Shown: positions 34,801-48,292 of the stretch, piece after piece | How positions within the stretch are numbered: the first letter of the stretch is position 1 | How the letters are laid out: every line of letters begins with the position of its first letter | Made by a program: the position numbers and the translations under genes | Source of the DNA: Balanoglossus misakiensis | Taxonomy: Eukaryota; Animalia; Hemichordata | NCBI GenBank assembly: GCA_040954595.2 | Contig: CM082591.2 | Location: 1,587,745-1,651,744 of the forward strand | Reading direction: 5' to 3' | Length of the DNA stretch: 64,000 bases | The notes under the pieces: generated by a model | The model's database searches: none | Told to the model about the DNA's origin: nothing | What the model saw: the letters and a program-made list of their open reading frames with translations, nothing else

Positions 34801-37392
34801 TTGTTTGTAGTTGTTCCAAGCTGTAGATGCTGCCTGTTGCCTTTCCTCATTCTGGCCCACATTTTCTGCTAGATGGTGCTGATAGGCATTTTCATTCAGT
34901 CCGACATGGATTGTAATTGTTGTGTCAGCTGAAGATAGGAGAAAGAACATTATTTAGCTTGTAAAAACAACACTGTATGTTTTGTAGGATTAGCTGCTTA
35001 AGTGTAGTATATACTCCCAACCACTAGGCCACCCACATCCCGATTTTACTAATGTCTGTAGTAACTTATAATTAATTACTTTAGAAATGAACAGGTTTTT
35101 AAATGGTCATTTGCAGATAAGAAGAAATTGTAGGCACATTAACAGAACTCAGTTTATTTTTAGAAATAAGATGGTATCTCAGTGATGCATGCATGTCTGT
35201 GCAGGTTTCACTATTTGACCAAATTTAAATTGAAAGTGTAGACAGCCTAGTCTTGAAGTTGAAAACTAAAGAAACAATTACCGGTATGTATCCTTAACTA
35301 GACAATATAATTAACTAAAACTATACATACCTGTTACATTTTGTCTGCCCTTTGGTGTCAACATACTGGCAAATCTCGCATAACTCTTGTTGACATCTTC
35401 ACTCTCCATGAAAGCCTTCTTCAGCTCCTTAGCATGTTCAAAAGCTAACCTGGTGTTCTTGACACTCCATATTATCTTCTCCGAAATCTTATCAGATGAG
35501 TGTGACACTACACATTTGTCTGCGTGGTATGGAAAGTATTTCTTGACTAACTTTCCAAGCTGGGAATATTCATCAGGAAAGGTTGGTAGTCCAACTGCTA
35601 TAGATTCTAAACCGCTATATGGATAGTCCTTGTAGACAGAGACAGGAAGACAACTGTGAGATTGATGCACTGATATCATTAAGGTCTTTTCTGAGTAATC
35701 TGGGTGAGGATAGGCCATTACATGATTGCTATTCATCTGCTGTAGAATATGCTTCAGTTCAGCGTCACCTGCTCCCCGTATTGACCAATTCAGAAGTTTG
35801 TTGTGAAAGTCTTTCACCGTGTCTGCTGCACTTCCAATAGCAGCTGCTATTGTCTCACATCTGTCCAAGGCTTCTTGCGTATCAATCTGCCCGTATGTCA
35901 GTATGCTGTGAGTAGTCACTCCATCTAGGAACGTTGGGTCTTTTCTGAAAAAGACTTCAGCAGGTCTGGGGAAAATCTCTTCATGAGGGATCATGTGTAG
36001 TTCCCTGCCATCAAAGGTAGCCCGGTATTCGTTCTGGAAATGCTCATACATACTTGAACCAATAGAAAATATGATATCAGCTTCACTGGCCAGCTTCAGC
36101 ATCATTTCACTTAACTTTCCTTTTGGTTGTTTCAACAGACAGTTGCATTCTTCATAGGCATGGTTGATCATTACAAGTTCTGCATCAGGAAACAATTTTT
36201 TTCTGATATCTATAGCAGCGGATCCGGTCTTTGGAGCATAACCAACAACATACTTGATGTTTTCTAACTTTCTTAGATCAGGAAAGTAACTTTCATGATT
36301 CAACAACCATTTTACATCTGGCTGATCAGTGATGTCTTTTGGTTGTGCTGGAATCAATTTAACCCGACACTTGGCAGCATCTGCCTTCTGGTCATCACTG
36401 GCTTTGACACCAACAAAGGTGGAGTAGGCTTTAACAGGTGTTTCTTCTTTGACTTTTCTTGCACAGAAATCTTGTACGAGAGTTCTGTGAAACCCAGTCA
36501 AGCCACAATCTTCTTTGTTCCAGTCGTCATACACAAATAATACTCCAGGAGGTGGATCTGGAAGATGGAGTTGATGAAGTTTGGCTTCAGGGAAGAGACT
36601 TTCATGAATTGCTTTGGCTGCATTCTGTGTCTTTGGAGAATATCCGACTACATGTTGGATGTTTTTCAGTTCCTTCAGATCTGGGAAATATGTGTCATGG
36701 TGAACAAGCCAGTTTATTACAGGGGGGTCTTCATGAGGATCCAACCTCTTGTCTCTTACAGCTGAGATCAAAGTAGCACCAGCCTTCTCTGCATCTTTCT
36801 TTTGTTCTTCACTCACTTCAACTTCAAGGGTAGTACAGTTGATTTCAGAAACTTCATCTGGCTTTAGTTTTTCTTCTCGAAATTCAGTGACAAGTTTGTG
36901 AGTTGGTGTTGTTGTCTGATCTTCTGATTCTGTCTGCCAGGTTTGCATGACCATTAATGCTGCCACAGGTGGTGGGTCAGGAAGACTGAGTTGGTGAAGT
37001 TTGGCTTCTGGGAAGAGACTTTCATGAATTGCGGCTGCTGCTTTGTGTGTCTGTGGAGAATATCCGACTACATGTTGGATGTTTTTCAGTTCCTTCAGTC
37101 CAGGGAAGTATGTATCATGGTTAACAAGCCAGTTTATTGCAGGGGGGTCTTCATGAGGATCCAACCTCTTGTCTCTTACAGCTGAGATCAAAGTAGCACT
37201 AACACTCTCTGCATCTTTCTTTTGTTCTTCACTCACTTCAACTTCAAGGGTAGTACAGAGGAATTCAGAAACATTCTCAGACTGGAGTGTGTTTTCTTTG
37301 AGATGTTTGATTATAGCTTGAGTTGGTCGGGAGGTCTTTGCCTTCTTGTCCCATGATTTCAATACAACCAGTGCTGCAGATGGTTCTGACAT
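31835..37392 (-). CDS. Paralog 3: shortened form (2 N-lobe repeats + GT + TRADD-N-like + NHL, no coiled coil); 1149 aa if a new acceptor is used, otherwise a young pseudogene
   Basis: Open exons 37392-35331, 34928-34473, 34249-34173, 33940-33862 and 32610-31835. There is a ~3.6-kb deletion at ~33680 and a ~120-bp deletion at ~32613 that removes the original NHL acceptor. Confidence 0.55.
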
Positions 37393-39949
37393 AATTGCAT
37401 TCCTGCTTGGAAGAAACATATTGTACCTGGGTATAGTTAATGAGAAGTCGACCAGTGATTGTGGTGATGATCTGATCATGTTTCATTTGTATCGAGAATG
37501 GACAAAATCAATGCAGTTGATTCAGTGGATGTAGGGTATACTGGTATGTGATGTGACACTGTATTAAAGGTCAAATGAGGTCACTGTCTGTGTAAAACCA
37601 GACCACGACATGTACGATTAAATATTAACCTTACTTTGCATGATAGTATCATGTCTATGTATGATTGATAGAAAAGTTAGAGCTTAATAATCGTGATTGG
37701 CAAAAACAGATTGTCTCAATCTTACAGTTGTCGACAGAATTTCAAAGTAGAGTTAAAGTAGAATTTTATTTAGATAGAATTCGCTCTGTGATACCAACAA
37801 ATAATTTGAAGGCATTGACTTTGAGGGGTAGACGGCTGTTGAAATGATCACTTCTGTCAATAAAATGGCTGTAAAAGAGCTGACAATTTTCTCACAAGAC
37901 AATTGGCTTTGTTTCCAGGAACCTTACACTTTATAAATGCGCAATCTCCACAAATTGTCATGAAAGTTTAAGTGCTCACGAGGCAAAATCACGTCTTTGA
38001 TCGAGTTTGGTTCTAGACTTACATGAGTACTGCATGTGATTTTCATGTGATACCTGTTGTTGTACCTGTTACATATTGACACAGGACACTATCACCAGTT
38101 TGCTGTTTGTGATATCTCCAAAAGTGCATGCATGCACTTAATATTTTGTATAACCTATAGTGTATCACGTTGTTGAAAATAATTGTCCCTAGTTTTGATA
38201 TTGATGAATCACAGACAATGTTCAGACCCATATATTCAAATCATGAAAAGTGTAGTGACTTATTTTTGATAGAATTCTTTTTTAGGCTGTGTTACTGTTA
38301 TAATATGAAGAAGTCGTTGAGTTTGAGGACTGACAGAATTTCAAGACAATAAATCACAAAGTTCTATACATTTAACATACCTAGTAATGTTGTAACAGAG
38401 AGGTTGATTCCTTCAGACGCTTAATTGTTAAGTTATTTCCAATAGAATTCTTTATAAAGGTGTGTTTCTGTTACATGAAAATGAAAAAGGTGTGGCTTGA
38501 GTTTGAGGACTGAAAGAAAAAGACAGAAAATCACCAAGTTCAATGCAACATACCTCTTAGTGTTGTAACAGATTAATGTTGTAAGTTGATTCCTTCAGAA
38601 GTTAGAGTTTCAATCCATTCGATCCATACAAAGCTAGAGTAGCTCCCACTGGCAAAACGAGGAGAAATCCCAGAGTTTGGTTCCGATCGAGTACCACAGA
38701 GCTGCTCAGTACTTGTCACATACCTGTGTTGTAGATGCGATATCAGAGTTTGGAATCTCTTTGCCACTACCCATTTACAATGTCATCTATATGTATTCAA
38801 TATCTTCAGTTAAAACACAAGACAATAAATCATCAGCTCCAGTAGAACATACATCTGAAAATGGTTGTAAAAGAGTGGTTGATTCCTTCACAAGTTAGAG
38901 CTTCAATCCTTATACATGTGATATAAGTGGTATTAGTCACATGTAAATACGTGTATATTGGTATTCACAATATTCTGGTCATCTTTCATAGCCAAGAAAA
39001 GTTTGGACGCTTAATTGTTAAGTTATTTCCAATAGAATTCTTTTTAAAGGTGTGTTTCTGTTACATGAAAATGAAAAAGGCGTGGCTTGAGTTTGAGGAC
39101 TGAAAGAAAAAGACAGAAAATCACCAAGTTCAATGCAACATTACCTCTTAGTGTTGTAACAGAGAAGTTGATTCCTTCACAAGATAGAAATCCTGTCCTG
39201 AGGCACACAACTGTATCAAAAGCTCTGCAGGTGACATGCTCACCGGGAAAAAAATGGCAGAAAAGTCGCTGAGTCAGATTTTTTGTACCTCGAGATACCA
39301 AGCACGCTTGTCATGTGATCTGATAAAATATCTGTGTTGTACATCTAGTCTGGACTCTATCAAAGTTCAACTGACATTGTCCATTTAGAACATGTCAGTA
39401 ATTGAAGTTCAGTTATTAACTTTTACAATGTTTCACTGCAACTAACTAAAACTTCATCAAATGTTTTAAATTTTCTTTGGTTACTGGAACTTTGTCATCT
39501 TCTATTCAATTCAAATATATTTTTTTCTGTTGAATTTCCATTTAATGTTTGTTAATAGGACAGTTGGATATATGAGGTAAAGGTCAGATAAGGTTGATTG
39601 CAGATAATACAGTTGTACATGGAATTCATATATTTTGGATCCCTGTCAGAGAAGTATTCATTCAAGTTTCAAAGTAGTAATTTTCAACTTCATTGTTCAT
39701 AACATAAAATATGTATGATGTCAGTCCACAAAATTGAAGTTTTTTATTCAAATCAAGGTGAATAGTATAATTTAAGGGCAATTTCTGGTTTAAAACTCTC
39801 AGAAACAATGTGGTTGTTACTTTGTATATATGACAAGCAATGTGTTTATGTCTTAATGTACAGCCACAAACAATAGTTGAGATCAGTTGGTCTAGTCAGG
39901 ACTCCATAGTTTGGTCATGGAGGTCCCTTAATTTTCCCATTTCTGTTGT

Positions 39950-40600
39950 TTGGTGTATTATCGTGCACACTCGCGAGAACCGGGCCGGGTACGAGGATGG
40001 GGCAGTGACTAGCGCCCTCAGCAGGCAGAGTCCAGTGTGGGTCAGTGCAGAGATAGCCATGCAGTGGTCATCGGCAGAACATTTTTGTCAACCGTGGCAT
40101 TGTCGTGTTTGCCGAGACCAACTTTGCAGATAACGCAAAGCTTGATTACGTCAGTCGTGTGTGAAGTGGGGGCATGTAGTCCCCAGACGGTTATAATCTT
40201 TGATTAGCTGACGAAACGGACAACATTGCAATTGATGACCGCAGAATGATTCATTTCATCCTGTTGTATTTTTAAAGTTAGCCCACCATTCGTCAGACGA
40301 ACAGAGCCCAGAAAGCGACTGTATAAGAGCGATTTATAGCATAGAGAGAGAAATTGGAAACTTAAATCGATGAAGAATAAAAATCAAACTTATAAACTTA
40401 ATTTTTGTGTGTTGAGTCATGAATGATGAAAGCTGACCCGACTTTCTGTGCGCGTAACTGCGTACTGCGTATATTACGCTAATGTCACAGGATACCCAGA
40501 ACCCGGAAGCTTCAAAACTTTAAACAAACTTGACGAAAACGCCTCCGATTCTGTAATATACTGCCTGTTTTGTCTTTTAAAGATGGTTTCTGTGTGGGTA
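39950..40600. promoter_or_regulatory. CpG-enriched putative promoter/first-exon region of the DENND2-like gene
   Basis: Visibly higher CpG density than the flanks, a CRE-like ttacgtca at ~40146, and a donor tgg|gtaagt at 40597/40598. It sits between divergently oriented genes. Confidence 0.45.
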
Positions 40601-42435
40601 AGTGGCGTAGTTTAGTCCGAAATCACTAGGAAATATATGCGACATGACTTGGTCGCCGTTCGTGTGACAAAATTCGCTTGATCTGATTTTTAACCAATTT
40701 ATGACAAAGTGTACACTGCGATTATTCAAGTTGTCGCGATCTGCAGTGTAGCCATGTATATGTGATCTGCGTTTTAACTTTCGCTGTCACCATTGAGAGC
40801 ACTGCGCAAAGCCGTTGCCTCTGTGAGAAATCTTGGTGGGGGGGGGGGACAGGCATACCCGAACACAACTTTACCAACTAGATTTGAACTCAGAACCAAG
40901 AGAAATAACATTACTCATAAGCAAGGTCATGTCGATAGTGTTTGTCCGTGGAAATCAAGTTTCTTGAAAGATCAGCTGATTTACAGGTGCTTTATATAAA
41001 CTGTGATTTCACTTTGCATAAGTGCTTTGTTGCAAAAAGTTAAATATATTTCTGAGCCAGTCCACAATGCTTTACATAATATGATTCCATGAGGTAGATT
41101 GCAAACATGATACCAAGAGTTGCCACTTCTTCATTTTGATAAATTATCAGTTAACATTATCAGAATTCTTTAGTGACAAATCACATTTGTATATAATGTA
41201 CAGTGCTCATCAAAATATTTATATGGGAATAATGCTGAACTAGGACTGTTGCCATTTGATCTTGTTATGTCGTTGGGATGTAAATCTAACAAAATATTTT
41301 TAATTTGATTACACAAATATAATTGCATTCCAATTCCATGATTTTTACTTCACTTCACATGTAAATACTTTCTAAGGTCACTGGTCGCCCCCACCTCAAA
41401 TAGCTGAGATCAAAGGTTATCTTCTGTACGCAGCTGTCAATAATACTGTTTTGCATTTTATACATTATATTATTGATTGGAAATTGCCAGACTTCCTGCT
41501 ATGACTGTAAACAGTGAGATATTAATATTAACCTAACTTATCAAATACTTGTCCACTTGTGTCAGTATTAGCTGAATGCTGCTGAACCACAGACAAACAA
41601 TAGGTGTTGTTTACGTATCTACATGTACAGTGTTTAGTACAGGCAAAATATCTTGTCTTCATCAAAATTCGCCACATCGTAAGTACATGCAGATTTTTTG
41701 TTGTATGTAGAGGAGTTGCCCAGGGATATGTATGAGGTAAATTCAGCCCCCACATCAGTCTTCTGCTAGTCTGATCAGCTTTTGGGGGAAAACACGTCAG
41801 AATAATTGTTGAGACTGTGACAGGTTCATTTGTTTATTCAGAATTATTCACTACAGACATCTCATTTAGCCGATCAGTGAAAGAAAAGTGACTATATAGA
41901 TTTATTTTTGACTGTGGGTGGTGTTTTATGGTCACCTAACAAGAGAAATGAGGGGGAGAGAACACAAGGACAGGTTATTTTTATCTCATTTCCTGGTACA
42001 CTATTTCGGACATCAGCTGTACTTGACTCATGGATATGTAAATGAGACCATATAAGGAAATGAACAAAACTCAGGTTTGTGGAGTACATGTTGGTGATTT
42101 CGCAGTGGTTTAAAAGTATTATTGGTGCTGACTGCTTTAACTGTATGTCCAGGAAAGTTTACATGTGAGATAGGACAAAAAAGGTGAACATTTCTGTCAC
42201 AATGCCACTAATTTACATAACAACATAACCAATTGTTATGATAATGAGTTTCTATTGTTTTTCCTAAAATTAAAGGGTATTGGCCGGTACTCTTTAATTA
42301 ATCTGGGGAGAACACTGAAATGGCCAAATGTCCCTGGATTGTTCTCATTGTAAAATCTTTGATAGTTGCTTTTGTTTTTCTTTTCTAGACTTCCAAGATG
42401 GCTGCAGAGATTGATGTTGTCTGCCGTAACTAACA

Positions 42436-45400
42436 ATGTCCAAACCTCCGCCACCACCACCACCCAAACCAAGTGAACGGAAGAGTAGCGAAAGTTCCAC
42501 CAAGGCCAGCGGTGTGAAGAAACTCAACCATGCAATTCTGGACAAATTTGAAACTCCGGGTTCAGAACTGGAAATCCCTGGAGACAAGATTAAGGAACTT
42601 AAGAGTGACACACAACATGATGTTGATGGAAACATTAAGGCCAGGAGAACTACATGGACAACGCCCCCAAGTGATGCACCCAAGGTTGTCAAGGTTACAA
42701 GGAGAATGTTATCGGAGGAGTCTTTGTTTTCGGCAAAACTGCGGGCATTTGAGGAGCAAGAGACGTCTGTCAATAAAGCAACAGAAGAATCTACATTTCA
42801 GTCAAAGTTAAGTGTGTTCAACTTCAAACAGCAAGATTCAGCAAGAGAGAAGAATGCTGTGGAAGTCAAACTTCCTGGGCCTGGAGTTGTGGAGGAGAGA
42901 GGGAAGATTTCTCGCATTGAAAAGCCAGATAGGCCACCTCCTCCACCCCCGGCGAAATTCGCGGCAAAACCCCAGAATGTAGACACAGCCACCAATCATA
43001 CAAGTCCTACACAGGAAACTGCTGATGACGAGCAGATGAAAAATCGACCTGTGGCAGCACCGAGAAAAAGCATCGTAAACAAGGACAGTGACGCGACAAA
43101 AGAACAGAAACCAGACAGACCCCTGGCTCCACCACCAAAGCCAAAGCGAACGTTCGCACACGACATTTACATGGAGAGCAAGAGCGTCTTCAAGGACCAG
43201 AAAGCAGTGGATTCTAACAAGAATGCCGTCTCAGGGAAAATTCAGAACTTTGAGAAGTCACACCTCAAGGCTTCTCCACCCAGACCACCGCCGCCCCACC
43301 CAGTCAAGTGGAGGGCGTCACACCCCCAATCACCGATACACAAGCAACCTTCATCTCCGAACTCCTACCGAATGGGATCGGTCACGTCTGATCGAAGCTC
43401 AGCCTCGGACTATGAGTATGTCGTCGATTGGTTGGACGGTCGCAGAGAATATCCTGTGGTAGAAAAGAGGCAATTCAGACCCAGGTCATTATCAAGCGAA
43501 GACGTCGTTATAATTCGACCGAGGACAGTCGCGACCGAGGCTCCAACATCATATGAGGAGCCCGTCTATGCCGACCCAAACATCGCCATGGCCAGCAAAC
43601 GAATTCAACCAATGGAACATATTTATGCCGAGCCTTATGAATCGGTACGAATTCATACTGATAGGGGTGGTGTGGTCAATTACGACACGACAGGATACGC
43701 TGTTGCTGAAACTAAGGAGGAATTCAGTAGAAGAAAAGCACAAACTATGAAACCCACGGTATGTTCGATTGTAAGGAAACTATAACGTTGGGAGGGGTAC
43801 AGTGTAGGAAAAATATGCTGTATCGGTTTGGTTTGTGGGAATGTAAAGGTATAAGCACCAAACATTTCAATTCTTTGTCCAACTCTACCATAAAAAAAAC
43901 AATGGGCTTGGACCAAACCATGGTGGTGAGATGGTTAAAGCAAGGTTTTTGAGCTGTGCACCTGTCATGTCTTTTTGACAGTGACACATCCAGTTGTTGA
44001 AATCGTCCCGTTTTCTTTTAGGGTTCAGCCATGTTTCGATCCGAACTACAAAGACGATCCAGTTCTCTTGAAGGAAAGCAAAGTCCCACAATGGAAGATG
44101 AAGAGGATGGCGACAAGAAAAAGCTACCATGGGTATGTTGCTTTGAAATGATTTCCACATTGCACATGACTTGTCTTTATTCACAGAGCATTAATCCTTT
44201 GAGTCACCTTGTGTCCAAAACAATAATGTTTGTGGGGAACAGATCGATTTGTGCTTAATTAATTTAATTACACACGATTGCTAATGTAGAGTGCCTTTTA
44301 AAACTCACTAATTAAATCGAAAATCCTTGTGTTTCAGTTTTGTATTCAATTGTGCATGGTACAATGTTATTGCTTATTTCAACTTTCTACACTGTATATT
44401 TACCAGGTTTGCATATTCATGTTTCAATTAAATTAGCATATGTCTTGTGAAATATTTGCAGTGTTGTCAGAGTGTGATAATGGTGCTGTATACTTTGATT
44501 GCTCGCAGATCCAACGGAAGATCAACGACGCGTTCATGGCCTTGAAGTTCAAGAAACCCAAACCCGGTGATAAGAAAGAGAAAGGTGTAGCAGATTCCAC
44601 GGTGATGGCCGAGAGCATGTCGCAGGAAAGTACTGACAGTGATGTTGATACTGAGAAATCTGAAGCAGGTGGGTCAAAGGTCAAGCCTGTTGGCTACATG
44701 TTTGTCGCAAACATTTTTCATGTTGATCACTTTAGAGAGGATAAATGCGTTTCTTTGCACATTAGTGATTTTCTTCACAGAAATAAACACCATTTGCTAT
44801 GTACAGTAAGTTTCATTTTGGCTGCATGAAAAATTTCATGAATCATGGAAAATATTAGTGAATTTTGTCCTCATATGCCTGTCTGTCGGCATATTGCTGA
44901 CATGTGCTTCTTGTGGTCACTTTCAAATCGTGGCAGGCGACGCAGACTGTCACTTCTTTGTTGATCTCTCATTGGTTGTTTCCCAGAACTGAGGCGGTTT
45001 CACTATCTTTCATCCAATCAACACGCACGTTTCATTTCAGATCACCGGAGAAGACTTCGACACGTGAAATCAGTGAAGGAGACGGCGATATACTGCACCT
45101 TGGATAAAATCAGAGCTGGGCTGAGATACCAACAGATCTTCGACTGCATTGTGTGCGTAGAACTACAGAAAAATGAAACAACTCAGAAATATGATCCTGT
45201 TGTAACGTATAAATATCCTCAGGAGGTAATTATCCATGCATTATGATTTATATGTAATCTGGTAGCTGATGTAATAATAACCCATCTTTTATTTCAGCAT
45301 AGCTCTTTCCTTATGTGTATATTTTCCTGTACTTGAGCATTTCTTTCTGAATTTTACGACCCTACCTTATGAAAGTCTGTATCCCTGGCAGCAACCAAGG

Positions 45401-48292
45401 TCAAAAGTCAATAATGGTTGATAAATTTTGTCTCTGTAGGTCAGTGGTGCAAGCAATGACAGATTGCCGGCTATCCCACAATTCTGTTTCCCTGACGCTG
45501 CCAACTGGGCCCCAATCAGGACAGATCGAGTCGAGACATTCTCTTTTGTCTTGACGAGTCTCGATGGTTCAAGAACGTACGGATACTGCAGGAGGTTGAT
45601 GGTAAGGATTCATCCTGTACCCCCTATTTTCTGTAATGGAGACTCCCAATAGACTGTAAAACAATTGGTGGGTTTCATATCTGATGGTATTTTAGGTAGA
45701 GTCAAGATATGTACGGAGGGGTATTGACACTGTCATGTTAATAAAAAATGGCCCAAAATGTGTCAAAACTGGAATTTTGCACCTTCAAACATAGACATAC
45801 TTCACTGTTTTGTATAATTTATTTTACAGCCTGTGGGTATTGGTCTTCGATTGCCTGTTGTGTACTGCATATTGAGTCCAGTTGGATGTTTTAATCTGTA
45901 CGATCAGATATTGGATGAAGTTGAAAGGAGGAGGAAGGTGTCCTCGGCCAGTGTCTTTACATTCTTGAAAGCGGTCAGCAGTAGAACCATGCCACGACCG
46001 GTGAGTCAAGCAGTCAGGCATCTCTGTGAAGAAGCAGAATGTAAGTTTTAGTCAGCCTATTGACATACCACTTCAAACTTTCTTGAACAGAATTGTAAAA
46101 TTGAGTCATTTCTTTGCTAGGGTAAATTTATCAACGTGGACGTCCTAGGTGAAAGTACGGGTGTTGTGTTACAACGACCAATGGATTCAAGACTGGAACA
46201 TGTAAGTATGAATTCATACATTTCCTTTTTTATCTCCTGTTATGTCTTGTACACAGAAGTGTTTCTGAGTTTCTAGTCATATACAGTCGAACCTGTCAAT
46301 AGTGGCCAATAAAGGGACTTTCCTAATCTGGCCTTCTGTTCTGTTTTATGCACATTCAGATTAAGAAGCCGCTACACATAGAGATGTTTTCTCTTCTCTC
46401 GAATGATAAAGCTCACCATTCTTAGCGCATGAACAGAAGTTGAAACTGTCTAAAGCATGAACTAACTCGTCTCTCTGTTTCAAAGGTGGATTTTGGTTGC
46501 ATCTTGAAATTCCTGAGTGTGAAGAGAGTCATAGAAATCTTTGCGTCCATAATTCTGGAGAGAAGAATTATCTTTACTGCCAAGAAACTCAGGTGAGAAG
46601 AATTGGCTTCTTTCTTGACCTCTTTGTGATCTTACATCGTGGTATTTGTGCTTGCAACTGTGAAAGCTGAGAAAAGCGAAACGTTAGTTTTGAACTGTAC
46701 AGTCTGTTGTAAAATAGGTTAGTGCTTCTCTTAGTTTGAAGAACCTTATATATGAAAACAATGATGGAGAGAAAAAGTTTATGGGGGTTTGAACAAGGTG
46801 AGGTCGGTTTAACTGAAACAAGGAAATTGTTTTGTACCCTTATGTGGATTTTTTTTCCTGTTTGACAATCAGTACACTATCAGGTTGCATCCATGCATTT
46901 GGGGCAATGTTGTATCCTTTCAACTGGCAACATGCGTATATCCCTGTGTTACCTATACACCTGATTGAGATGTGCTGTCTGCCAACTCCGTACATGATTG
47001 GTCTGCTGTCTGTCTGCATACCAGAGCTGGATGACTTGGAGTTAGATGAGGTAAGAAACAACAGACACCCCAAATATTCCACAAGATATTTTGGGGGGGT
47101 CTATGCATTATTCTGTGATAGTTGTGATCAACTCTGCTCAGACTACACCCTGACATTTGTCATGTCAAATTCTAGAATGTCATTGTGGTAAACGTCATTG
47201 CACAAATGTCCTGAAAAAGTGATTAGCGGAGGATAATATCACACATGCAACTCTAACTACAACTGAGAAGATAACTTTTCTGATGTGAACACTTTCATGT
47301 TTCATCTCATTAGGCGTTGATTGTGAATTTGGACAATGAAAGTTTTGTACGTGCTGTTGGTGATGAACACACAATCTTGCCCAAGAAACTTCAGATGGTG
47401 TTAGAGAAGGCACTTACAAGTATATACCGTGACAACCACAGACACTTGGGTGACCCAAACTATGGTGAGTTAACCCTTTATTTCCTTCCCAACTGCTGGT
47501 GCAACATTTTTTTCATTTTTACATATTTTCTCCCAATTTTTTGCTTAATTTTGGAGAACACCTGATAACCAGTTTCCTTTCTCTCATCAGATGTATCATT
47601 ACGGGATCAGATGGTGTCGGAAACGTTTGTACGGTTGTTTGTCGAGATGGTTGGTCACTATGGTAACCACTTGAAGACATTTCCGAATGCCAGTGTCCGT
47701 TTCCAGAAGGAGGCATTCCAGAAGGCACACCCGTCGAAAAGCATCCGGAAATTCCTGGAAATCTTCATGGAAACGCAGATGTTTTCCGTCTTCATTCAGG
47801 AGAAGGAAATGGAACAGATGCAGATATCCCCCACACAAGGTAACAGTGATTGCCCTTTCTTTAGAATTGCGTCCGGTTTTGCTGTAAAATGCATGTCCCC
47901 AAAATTCAAGACTGAATGACTAAGACCAGTTCAAGACTGAATGACTAAGACCAGATCAATGAGCATTGAGAAACCAGGAAATCTGAGGTCTAGTCTAGAT
48001 GTCACTGAATTCCAAAGTGACAAATTTGCTGACTACACTCTGAACTGTCTGCTGCTATGGGATGCAGTGCACAAAAGAATTAAGCAAGAAGGTGTAAGTA
48101 ACTCCTTCTTCCTTCCTGGTTTCAGGAACTTTTGACAAGAGAGTTCAAGAATACGCCGAGGTATCTGCTGTCATGCCGAGTAACGCCTTTGCCAAGTTTG
48201 GAAACAGAGTTCGAGCGCTTGGTAAGATCATGAAGACTAGTCCTCACATCAAGTCTAAGAAAGATGACAAGGACCCTAAAAGTATTTTCTGA
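42436..48292 (+). CDS. DENND2: DENN domain protein 2 / ST5-like Rab guanine nucleotide exchange factor, 1014 aa as spliced
   Basis: Exons 42436-43758, 44022-44132, 44509-44668, 45041-45225, 45440-45601, 45830-46000, 46121-46201, 46486-46592, 46873-47050, 47314-47464, 47591-47839, 48126-48292; 3045 nt in frame. Motifs: PKPKRTF, IPQFCFPDA, ETFSFVLT..DGSRTYGYCRRL, RPMDSRLEHVDF, LLE-like ILERRIIF, LYPFNWQHAYIPVLP, PTPYMIG, FVEMVGHY, FMETQMF. Confidence 0.92.
46281..46335 (+). mobile_element. Possible Tc1/mariner-type MITE terminal fragment
   Basis: ta-cagtcgaacctgtcaatagtggcca resembles TA-CAGT(C/G)GAACCT TIR starts. No partner end was found. Confidence 0.25.

Larger units (their letters stand above)
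3063..39883. repeat. Tandem segmental triplication: unit 1 3063-16841, unit 2 16842-30441, unit 3 30442-39883 (unit 3 internally deleted)
   Basis: Colinear, highly similar UTR, exon and intron sequence at offsets of ~13.8 and ~13.6 kb. Both internal junctions fall at the same position (atagttgagat|a(t/c)caaacacacagg). Confidence 0.95.

Noticed and set aside
3063-39883. Triplication as an assembly artefact (uncollapsed haplotypes)
   Set aside because: There are three distinct versions with many substitutions, structural differences and a defined novel junction sequence. This fits real tandem paralogs better, although read support was not checked.
47904-47955. 25-bp direct duplication (ttcaagactgaatgactaagaccag x2); likewise (tacg)n at ~16663 and the polyT/polyG run at 3023-3051
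   Set aside because: Ordinary slippage products with no sign of function.
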